Source of the DNA: Psammoneis japonica
Lineage: Eukaryota
Direction: 5' to 3'
Assembly (NCBI GenBank): GCA_008632985.1
Contig: QPGO01000051.1
Coordinates: forward strand, 248,001 to 312,000
DNA length: 64,000 nucleotides
A program made the translations under genes and the position numbers. The notes beneath the pieces were generated by a model. It was not told where the DNA came from, ran no database searches, and worked only from the letters and a program-made list of their open reading frames with translations. Shown one piece after another: positions 50,418 to 60,000 of the stretch (its first letter is position 1; each line of letters opens with the position of its first letter).

Positions 50418-50813
50418 GGCGTGTTCCAGCTCTAGGTGGGACCTCGCACTGCTGAACTGTGACATGATTGTTTTTTGTCATCCGTCGCATGTTTCGCACG
50501 TGCATTTCTACGTGTTCTATCATAAAAAATTGTTCCACACTGCCTGTTTTGCGAAGCCAAAGGCTTTCTGTTGTCTGCACTCATGTCAACAAAAATGTGC
50601 TGGGTGTGTTCTTTAATGTCTAAAGAACATGCCCGGGCATGCTGTAAAGAATGTGCTTCAAGTGTGGAGGAGGAGATGCGTTCGCAAAATTGCCTCTTTT
50701 TCTGTTGGCGATCATTCATGCATGCATTGCTCAACAATTTTACTGCGGAGCTCGCACGTAGAATTCTGCGGGCCCAATGTCACAAAAAGTCCCACCCAGG
50801 ACTGGAACCCGTC
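50418..50813. mobile_element. MITE copy 2 nested in the retrotransposon
   Basis: ggcgtgttccagctctaggtgggac ... gtcccacccaggactggaacccgtc; flanks ttct/tcct; homologous to 28427-28816. Confidence 0.88.
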
Positions 50814-51037
50814 TCCTGACCCTCGCAGAGGTGGATGACAGCACACTCCAACAGGGTGGGAGGATCGTTCACACAACACAATGCGACACGAGGCCACTCA
50901 GATGGCCTTGACGCCAGGAGCCAAATGGGGGGGGCGGTGGAAATGATCAAGCAAGACCCATGGAACAAAAACAATTTGCGACCGCGGATGACAAGCCCCA
51001 CATTTTCGAACACAGGTGAGTCCACCCCCTCCGAGTT

Positions 51038-53215
51038 TCATTTCTTGGATTCTATCGCTTTCAGACACCCATTGACCTCTTTGAGTTCCGTTTTCAGTTT
51101 GTTCACCTCCTGGTGCGCCGTGTCAGCTCTGGCCTGTGCCGACTTGGCTTCGGTTCCAGCATTTTTTGCCTTTTCCGTCAGCATTGTCACTGCAGCTTGC
51201 AATGCAGTGACAGCTTCAAAGCCGGAGTTCGTAGCCAGAAATTTCACATGCTCCGATGCCATGGAGGGGTGGTCCCTGAAGTTGTGAGCTGTGTGCTCGG
51301 CCACAATGTCGTGAGACCGAAAAATTGCCCAAAGAATCTGGCTGCACACAGCATCCAGATCTGTCCCCTCGACAGACGTGAAGATGCCGGAGCGAACCTG
51401 ATTGAGATCATCGAAGATTCTGTGCACCAATTTCGAAGTCAAGGACCACGCCTGCTTTTGAGAGAACTTGCTCAGTTGCACCAGGTTCTTGCAAGTTTCA
51501 TCCACAAACTGAATCAAACCCCGAATAAATGCTGCTGACTTCGACAGGGCATCTCGAACCACCTGGCCTTCAAACGACCCCCCCGGGATTCGCTGAGCGA
51601 TGTCGTTCAAAATGTTTCGCTCGATCGTCCCAATTTTATCCATGATAAAATGCTTGGTCCCTGTTGAGCCAGTGGACCAGTGATCATGGGAGGCCATCTT
51701 GTCCAAGAACGACGGGTGAAGGCCCGCCGACTGCGCTCCTTTTGCCGAGCCCGAATCCAAAATTCTCGGCATGCCATGCTGAAAACTCGCCAGAGTCCTT
51801 GCATCCTCCTCCGTGCTGATCTTTGGGTCCATGCGCTTAGCCAGACCAGCCAAAAAATGGTGCAAAGCCGCTGGTTCCGTGCCCGCGATTCGATCCAACA
51901 ACAAATTTGCATCTGTAAGGCAGCCATGCACCCTGGAGGAAAAATGTTGTGCCACCCATGCTTGACATTCTCCAAAAGACGAGACACCGACCCCAGAGAA
52001 CTTGACAGCCGAAGTGTCTGACTTGGACTTCAACTCGTTCACCGCTTGGCTCAGATCCCGCATCTGTCGGTCCACGGAGCTCGAGCTTCCGACTCCTGTA
52101 AACCCCAATCCGCTGCCAGATCCAATCGCGCCTCCAAACGAGGCTCCCGCATTTTCAAGATTCTGAACTCTGCCAATCAACTGGTTGCAAACTTCAAGCA
52201 TGACTGTCCTCAGAGAGTCCATGTCACGCTCAGCTGCCAACCCAGAAATTTTGTTTTGCAAGTTCTGGATGGCGGCACTCACATTTGATGCCAGTCCATT
52301 GGAGCCGGCACGAACATTCGACTCCTGTGCCAAATCTACGGACAAGTCTCTGGGAGGGCACTCGGGTGAGCCGACTGTTGACAGACCAGCAAGTGTTCCC
52401 CAAATCGCAGGGGCTTCCACTTGCTGATCGAATTCCGGTGGAGGAGAACCGAGGGTTGCATCCAGCTGCTCCAACTTGCGGCTGAGGACGCTGACTGAGG
52501 AGTTCGATTCCTTGAAGTGCGCACATGCCTTGTTGCCCATCTCCACCACCGTGTTGCCGGTCTCCGTCAAGTTTCTTTCCAGGGACTGAACAACTCTAGC
52601 CAGGGCCGCAGGACTTTTGTTCGCGGCCAGAAATTGCGCCAGGGTGGTGGAAATCACCCGCTGGTGGGGTGTGAAGTGTCCGAAAAGTGCCCCAGGAAAT
52701 TCCTCGCTGCGGGGATCTTTGCCCTTCACCAGCGTCTTGTAAGCCGCAGCGACTTTGTGCTCCTTCAAAGACGCCCCACATTCTTCCTCCGTAGGACAGC
52801 GAGTGTCGCTGTTCCCGAGAGCCAGAAACTTCTGATGCCACCCTGCCAAAGTGTCGGTGTTCCCTTCCCACCTAACCAGCACCTCCGCCAAGACAAACGA
52901 GCCGTCCAAAGTGGGCTGGCAAAAAGCCGTGTCTGGTGTCTTGAGAATCGACACCATGCCGTCCGAAGGAATGACCTTCTTCGAGCCCTTGTGTTTCACC
53001 TTGCAATCCCCAGCTTTCTTGAAACAGAACGTGGCTCCACCCCCGACAACCCCAAGGCAACGGGAGTTGTCGGCACCTTCGATCCAGGTGACATGAAAAC
53101 GAGGTGCATCAGACGAAGGAGACGTGCCTTCCTCCATCGAGCCAGATGCACCTCGAGCCGCTCCCTCATCCTCCACTGCGAAAAAATCAACGCGGGGAGC
53201 GCCGTGATTTGACAT
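51038..53215 (-). CDS. ORF1 (gag-like, coiled-coil) of the YR retrotransposon
   Basis: Long open frame directly after A1; C-terminal coiled coil; only one Tyr in the 732-aa track ORF. Confidence 0.7.
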   Translation of the reverse strand: MSNHGAPRVDFFAVEDEGAARGASGSMEEGTSPSSDAPRFHVTWIEGADNSRCLGVVGGGATFCFKKAGDCKVKHKGSKKVIPSDGMVSILKTPDTAFCQPTLDGSFVLAEVLVRWEGNTDTLAGWHQKFLALGNSDTRCPTEEECGASLKEHKVAAAYKTLVKGKDPRSEEFPGALFGHFTPHQRVISTTLAQFLAANKSPAALARVVQSLERNLTETGNTVVEMGNKACAHFKESNSSVSVLSRKLEQLDATLGSPPPEFDQQVEAPAIWGTLAGLSTVGSPECPPRDLSVDLAQESNVRAGSNGLASNVSAAIQNLQNKISGLAAERDMDSLRTVMLEVCNQLIGRVQNLENAGASFGGAIGSGSGLGFTGVGSSSSVDRQMRDLSQAVNELKSKSDTSAVKFSGVGVSSFGECQAWVAQHFSSRVHGCLTDANLLLDRIAGTEPAALHHFLAGLAKRMDPKISTEEDARTLASFQHGMPRILDSGSAKGAQSAGLHPSFLDKMASHDHWSTGSTGTKHFIMDKIGTIERNILNDIAQRIPGGSFEGQVVRDALSKSAAFIRGLIQFVDETCKNLVQLSKFSQKQAWSLTSKLVHRIFDDLNQVRSGIFTSVEGTDLDAVCSQILWAIFRSHDIVAEHTAHNFRDHPSMASEHVKFLATNSGFEAVTALQAAVTMLTEKAKNAGTEAKSAQARADTAHQEVNKLKTELKEVNGCLKAIESKK

Positions 53216-53530
53216 GCTTTCTGCCCTCGAGAGCAAGGCATCGAATGCAGAATCTGGGTCAGGGGAAATGACTTCCCCAATTCCGCACGCTCAATGTCCG
53301 AATGTCCCATGTCGCCAGTCATTTCTTCAAGATTTGAGCCCCCAAGAGAGGGGCTCAAGCCTTCAACACCCCCCTGATGACCCACCGCAGAGGGTGGGGC
53401 CCGAGAAGCAGGCGACGCGGGAGACTGCACCAAAAAAGGAGAAATGACATTGGACTCTCACGTTGACGAAGGCACCATCATCGATGCCAGAGGAGAAGCA
53501 GTCGGACATGGTCGGGAGAGGGAGAGGGAG

Positions 53531-53763
53531 CAAAAAATCGCTTTTCCAATGCTTTGGAATGATCCAGTCAAGTTGATCAGGGTTCCTGTCTCAACAAAGA
53601 TGGAAAAGTGAGAGCAATAAAACGCCGATAGGTTTGACCGGTCTCCGTGACCAGTCATCTTGGGCCAGAAGTACCCGCTTCTGGAAGAGGCATAAGTCTT
53701 AGGACATTTTCCGATGAGAGGTCTTGCATCGCACGGTTCGTCTCCATCTAAACTTGGGTACGA
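53531..53763 (-). repeat. Split direct repeat A1 (5' end of the element; retains its TA dinucleotides)
   Basis: Copy of 44711-44959. Confidence 0.95.
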
Positions 53764-53995
53764 TAGGAGCGCCAAAAAATTGTGCGTTCTCAACGGTCGA
53801 AGAATCATCCCCTCCTTTTTTCGCCTTTCCCTTTCTCACATCATTTTTGTATCGGCCACGAAGTTGAATCAGCGTAGCGGACTGCCAACGGACGTTTGCC
53901 CCAACGGCTCAAACCATGCTCATGCGCAATGTTCCTCTGCTCTTGCTCTACAGTGCTGCTACTAGTAGAGTAGGAGGCCACAGCGTTGAGCCATC

Positions 53996-55630
53996 ATGAG
54001 AAATGGGGATCGGTTGAATGCAAGTGATGCTAAGCGACCACTGACACGGCGACACTCTGTTGGCATCGTCTGGTCAGGGTTCGCCCTTGCTTTCCTTGTA
54101 GCCGATACCTTTCTTTCTTCCATGTCGATGCAAGAGCTCAAATCGGTCCTAACCTACCAGGAATCCCATTCGGCACTTGTTGAACAAACGGTAGAGTTGC
54201 AAGCAAACGATCCATTTCCTCGGTGGGGTGATTCCAGAGGAATTGACATTGAAGCGATTGTAGCATTCTTCAAAACGTGGAGGTCAAAGACCAACAAGAA
54301 TCTGGATTTTCTGGATCCTCATGACACGTATCCTATTGGAAACACCGTCGTATTGTTTGGCCCACCCACAGACCCCAATGAAAGCAATTCTAGTAGTGAA
54401 GAAACAGATCCAAAGGCTTGGGTAGAAATCTCCGCAAAAATTACTCGACAACTCATCCCAAACAGACTAGTTCCAGGAGAAAAACTGCTTGTTGATGCAC
54501 TGGAGATGCTCCGTAAGTCCGTTTCTCTCAAATGGAGTAGACTCAAGCAGGTTGCACTGAGGTCTGGGCTGCCAATCATTATCAACTATGCAGACTATCG
54601 AGGATGCAGCAAGGAAAATCTCCTTTTCAATGGAACTACCTACAGTGTTCCAATCTTTTCCCTTTGTTCTGCATTCAAGGCAGAATCGTGCAATTACACA
54701 TTTCCATTACCGTCATATTTCGCTATTGAGCATGCAATGGGCAGTCCCGACGAGTGGGATAATGTTTTTAGACAACAAGATTTAAAGTACCATTGGGAAA
54801 ACAAGACGAAACTAGCGGTATGGAGAGGAACGAATACGGGGTTTCCCAGTCAGAAGGACTGTCTTCGCTATAGAATGGTCCAAGAAGCATCCAAATACCA
54901 AGACCAACTTTTTGACGTTGCATACGCCGTAAGATGGGCAGGAGCGAACGTTCGTCGTTCCCGGATTCCCTTTGAGGACTTTCAAAACTACAGAGCAATA
55001 CTTGACGTGGACGGGAACTCGTGGTCAGGTCGATTTGTCAAGCTTCTGTCAATGAATTCTGTCGTACTAAAGGTGGAGCCGGAGTTTACTGATTTCTTTA
55101 TGCCACAGCTTCAACCTTGGGTTCACTACGTACCAGTACGGGCCGACTTGTCTGATCTTGCTAATATTACAAAGTTCGTCCTGGCAGATGAGAATGCACC
55201 AAAAATGAGGGAAATTGTTCAGAACGCACGCGATTGGTCCAGAGATTTTTCTGTCTACAACAATGTGGTGGAATCGATCCTCTCCATCTTGTCTTTTTAC
55301 GTGGAACTGCTTGACAGGAATAATCCTCATTGGGAAGACGTGTGGCGAAGAAACCTGCCACATCTAGTGAAGCCGGGGTTGAATTGGGTTGCGATTCGTT
55401 CGACCAAGGGACGAGAGATCATTAATTGTGGATGCCCTCAAACTTGTAACAAGGACGCACGAAGCAAAAAGAGGAACAATCTTCCCTTTACTTGCCAGCA
55501 ACGTGTCCACTACATGATGTCCACACATGGAATGTCTCAAAATGCATCGTGTATCCATGCAAGCAATCCAGATTCTGGTGCGTGTGGGCCCGAGTGCGAC
55601 CCTAACCTCTGCACAGCAACACAAACTTGA
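53996..55630 (+). CDS. Glycosyltransferase family 90 (CAP10/POGLUT-like) with C-terminal Cys-rich domain
   Basis: N-terminal TM segment; AVWRGTNTG, YRAILDVDGNSWSGRF, LQPWVHYVPV..DLSDL. Confidence 0.9.
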   Translation: MRNGDRLNASDAKRPLTRRHSVGIVWSGFALAFLVADTFLSSMSMQELKSVLTYQESHSALVEQTVELQANDPFPRWGDSRGIDIEAIVAFFKTWRSKTNKNLDFLDPHDTYPIGNTVVLFGPPTDPNESNSSSEETDPKAWVEISAKITRQLIPNRLVPGEKLLVDALEMLRKSVSLKWSRLKQVALRSGLPIIINYADYRGCSKENLLFNGTTYSVPIFSLCSAFKAESCNYTFPLPSYFAIEHAMGSPDEWDNVFRQQDLKYHWENKTKLAVWRGTNTGFPSQKDCLRYRMVQEASKYQDQLFDVAYAVRWAGANVRRSRIPFEDFQNYRAILDVDGNSWSGRFVKLLSMNSVVLKVEPEFTDFFMPQLQPWVHYVPVRADLSDLANITKFVLADENAPKMREIVQNARDWSRDFSVYNNVVESILSILSFYVELLDRNNPHWEDVWRRNLPHLVKPGLNWVAIRSTKGREIINCGCPQTCNKDARSKKRNNLPFTCQQRVHYMMSTHGMSQNASCIHASNPDSGACGPECDPNLCTATQT

Positions 55631-55795
55631 CGCAGGACGTAGCCTACAAACTAGTTCAGTCGGCGAGAGTTGTAGCATACACATAATTTTCAGTCGGCAA
55701 GAGTCGAGAGGGTGGTGACTGTCGACGTCTACAATAAAATGTGTTTTACAAATTAGTAACGAAGCAAAGTAAACCTAAGATTCAGAACCGCACTA

Positions 55796-56928
55796 CTACT
55801 CAATGCTAGCATCGTAGTAGAAAAGAGGAAGATAAACCCATTGACCAATGCTGTTGGCTTCACAGATCATTGCCCCGTCGAGTTCATGGTCGCCCACCTG
55901 TGCTGGCATAGATGCAGCCGTTGCTGTTCTCCTCTGGCTGCTCAAGTTCTGAGCGCGTCGAAACCGAGCGAGTTCTGCCTGACATCGAGAGGCGTCCTTG
56001 GCCACCTGAACGAGAACTTCGCCAAGGACAGAGGGGTGCTGGAGCTTGATAGTGGCAACATCATCCACATTGACATTGTTCCAGTTTTCAACAAGCACTT
56101 GAATGCAGCGCTTCTGGAGGGAAGTCTGACTGGTGTGGCTTGGTTCAACGATTTTGCGTTCAGCATCCAACAGGCGAATGGCTGCATCTTGATGAACTTG
56201 TGGCAAGACACCTTGGGCTGTCAGGCCATTGAAACTGGCAGCGTCCATTTCAACGTTTTGAAACAATTCTGAAAGAAGACAACTCATGTGACGGCTCGAT
56301 TCTCTCCCCTGGGGCATTCCTCTCAGCAACAAAAGCCAAAAGTCCGGATCATTGACATGCACAATCCGAGAGGAGGTGTCAATGTCTAGAATGTTTTCCT
56401 TGAACATTCCGAGAGCAGCGTTCAATGCCTTTTCTTCATTCAAAGCCTTTGCATGTTCAATGCATGCACCGCATGTGTTGCTGCTGATGTCTTGAGTCCA
56501 GAACTTCTTGGTCTTCCAACGCAAATGTTGAATGCCAAAATGCTGAGAGAGGTGGCAAAGCGATGTGGCATTCTGAGTGTCAATGTCAAGAGCATCATCA
56601 GCAGCATGGATGTGATCCAACAAAGCAGGAAAGGCTTTCGCAGCAAGCTCTGGTGGCTCAATCTTGCTCGTCTGAGTTTGCTGTTCAGCAAACTCATTTT
56701 GAAAGAGCGAGCAGTGACAATCGCTCTTTCTTGCTCCCACGACAAGCACAATCTCATGCACATGGCAGTCCTTGCTTTTCAGTTCGTCGGACGAACAGTC
56801 CTTGCAGCTTGTCTGCACGCACCAGTCACTCAGACTCTGTTCCGGGTCAATCCTCCAGCTCAGTTCGGGGTGTTCTGGTTCTTGGTCAGAATCGAAAGCA
56901 TCCTGAACCGCGTCCGGGTCATTCGCAT
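55796..56928 (-). pseudogene. Diatom-type BTB/POZ-domain gene eroded by TpA mutation
   Basis: LSWRIDPEQSLSDW...CHVHEIVLVVG...AFPALLDHIH...LCHLSQHFGI; Tyr occurs only in the last 14 codons. Confidence 0.75.
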
Positions 56929-57006
56929 GCTGTTGTTTGCTGCGGCAACTGTCCCTTGAAGATCAACGAGACATTGCCACCAAAATGATCCACTCCAATC
57001 CGACCA

Positions 57007-60000
57007 TGGAAATGAGCTAGATGACAGCATGAGCTGGGGCAACAACCATCTAAAGCAGATGTGTGTCAACAGCGACCACTGTCAAAGAGATTCTGATCCT
57101 CGTGAAAGTCAAAATCCGCAAGAAGTGAGAGAGAGCTTCAAACCAAAAGTCTGAAGAGAGCAAAGAAGATGCCGGTTTGGCACTGGATTCCACGAGAAAG
57201 GAAGTGGATCGGACAACCCAGGAACCAAAAGGCCATCAATGGACCAAACCACTCAATGAGAAAAACCCAACAGTCCTCAATCAGACAAAGAAGCCAAACG
57301 CTCATGAAAGTCAAGACAGTGAAGTCCCATGCGAGACCTGCCAACTCCCGTGTGTGACCAACCCACGTCATAGATCAGAAACCGCAACTCTCGTTGCTTG
57401 CTCTCCCTCTCGAGAAGACGTCGACTGCAAGACGTCAGATCGCCATTGAAAAAAATTCAAACGAAGTTCGCACCAAAACACAACCCATCATGCAATGATG
57501 CGACACCACATGCAGAGATGTGACAACCCCAGTCATCACACCTGATTGCCATCACCCTTTTCATGTGCAACACATGCATTCAAACTTGAATCAACATGTG
57601 CACAAAGTGAGTCCACCAGCTGCCTGCCACCTCATCAACTTCTTCCGCAAATGCCAAACTTTTCCTGAACCAAACCCTTTGCAAAGATGTCTGCCAACTG
57701 TTCCTCACAAGCAATCTTTTGAATGTAAATCAAAGAGTCAGGCCTTGCAATGCGAGACACCTGAAGAAATGACACTTGACCGCGACATGCTTGGCACGAG
57801 AAGTCATCTTCGGCATCGTGGCCAGCGTCAAAGCACTGTTGTTGTCCTCAAAAATGGCAGAATGGAGCAACATTTCATCATCCCAATCAATGCTCATTGA
57901 AGAAGAAACTTCCTTGATGAGTCTTTTCATGGGCAGCAGGACTCTCATCACCTGAGACAAGAGGTGACATGCTCCACCTCGAGCACAGACAAAGCAATCT
58001 TGGTCTGCAGCTTGGAAGCCCATGTCAAGGGGTTGCTGCCAATGGTCAACAAGCAACCAGACCAACTCTTGACACACACACAGAATCCTGTGGGTCCTCA
58101 TGGTTCCAAAGCCCAGTGAAATCCATGTCACAACAACAATCCAACCTTGAGTCATCGAAGACGTCACAGCAAAAATGACACTGCGATCCTTTGTGCCTTG
58201 AAGATGCCTGGCAATCCACTTGGCAGCTTCCTCATGGCTCTTCTTGGGATTGTGCATGAACCCAACACAGCTGCAAACCACATTTTGAATGTTGGGCCTG
58301 GCACTGGAAGCCAGATGGAGCATCACACCAATGGCACTTGCACAGCTCCACGATTCAACTCGTTTGGATCCGTCGGCATCGGTGGCCAAAGGAGATGAGC
58401 TGGCAGGAGTCTTCTTGACATGACAATCCTCCACATTTGCAGCAGCAATGATCTTCTTGACAAGACCCTTTTGAGTGAGATGAGCAGTTCCAGCCTCATC
58501 ATCCCCATCATTGTCAACGCCAAGAAAGTCATTTGCATCGTCAGAAACATCAAGTTCATGACTGCTGGTCTTGAGCTCACTCACGATGTCATCGATTCTC
58601 ACAAGATCCTTCACAAAGAATGAACAATCATCAACATGTGCAAGGCAAACAACATCTTTGCCGATGAACAAACAAGGGTCGCTCTCACCAGAGTGCAATC
58701 CAACCTCTTCCAGACCCTTGGACAGGTGCTGGAACCATGCAGTCACTGCTTGGCGCAAGCCGCAAAGGCTCTTGTTTAGCTTCAGTGTGCAGTCTCCCTC
58801 ATGTTTCATCTCAAAGAGCTTGGGTGATTCAACACAAACACCCCTTCAAGAATGTCTGCCTGAGCAAAAGCGAGGGCATGATCCACTTGACGTGACACCA
58901 ATCCACACAGGTTCGACAGACTCATGAGCAATGAGCAACCACACTGAACCATGCTCTGCTGGACCACCGGAGCATCCGTCGGGGCATCTCTTGATTTTAA
59001 ATGCCCAAGTGCCAGTCAAAACATTGCATTTGATGGCGCCGACTCGCGCAGCACGGAGCAAATGAATTTTGTTGCGTTGGGTCATTGATTTCAGATTGCA
59101 TGGCCTTCTTGAACTCTTCTGCATGCACCCTGCCATTGCTTCATGATGTAAAGGGGGGCACCAGGATCGCGAGTCTTCTTGCTTGCAAAAGAATCCAACA
59201 GGCAGGGTGACAATGGACATGCTGAATTGACACCATCACCATCGAGATCAGCGAACATTGCACGCATCTTTGCAAATTCCACTGTTCTGCAACCAGACTT
59301 GAGCCAACAAGTTAAGTTGGAGATGAAAGAGGCCGCGCCTTTAAGAGCATGCCCATCACAACCATGGTGTTTGTCGGAACCTTCACAACCATGACAATCT
59401 GGAGGATGAATGGTTCTTCCAGAGCATGTCCAAACCGGAGTTGGGTCACTTGGAGCTTCTTGGAAATGGCCGTCATTGTTGACAATCAAAGGCATTTCTT
59501 GAGATCTTGGGATTCTTGAGTCTCCCTCTGGAGGCTCGGACACATCAGCTGGAGCCAAAGGAGACTCAATGCTCAGAGGAGCAACTTCGTCATGAATGAA
59601 ATTGGGAGAGGACAGAGAAAAAATGCCCCTGACAGATTAATTTTGACCCCTCACAGATCAGTCGTAAAATGGGAATCCACGACTAAAACAACATGCACCG
59701 CTTCGCCACTTCTGCATCCCAGAATTTAGAAAAACAGTTTTGCACGGTCAGGGTTGGGGTTTTGCATGGTCAGGGTTGGTTTTTGGGGTTTAGGTTGGGG
59801 GGCAGGGAGTGGGACTTTTGGCAAACTCCAGTTTGTGAATGAGCAAGATTCCACAAAAAAAGTCAATCTATGACAGGACCGAGCCAATCTGTGAGGAGTT
59901 GGCACCCAAGGACAGAAGACCTGGCAAAACATCTTCAGAACATGGAACACTTGACCATCTGGGAGTGGCAGAACATCCTTGGGAAGAAGACGGCACCCTT

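Larger units (their letters stand above)
44246..53763 (-). mobile_element. DIRS-order (PAT/Ngaro-like) tyrosine-recombinase retrotransposon with split direct repeats, full length but mutated
   Basis: On the minus strand: A1 (53763-53531), ORF1, RT, RNase H, YR, B1 (45407-44963), A2 (44959-44711), B2 (44691-44246). Confidence 0.9.

Noticed and set aside
44246..53763. ADAR-type RNA editing fixed by reverse transcription
   Set aside because: Changes occur on both strands, differ between repeats of one element, and also affect a MITE and a host gene.
59620..59830. Telomere-like or nested insertion within Copia (ggtcagggttgg twice, ggggtttagg)
   Set aside because: Too short and irregular; no TIR or TSD could be defined.
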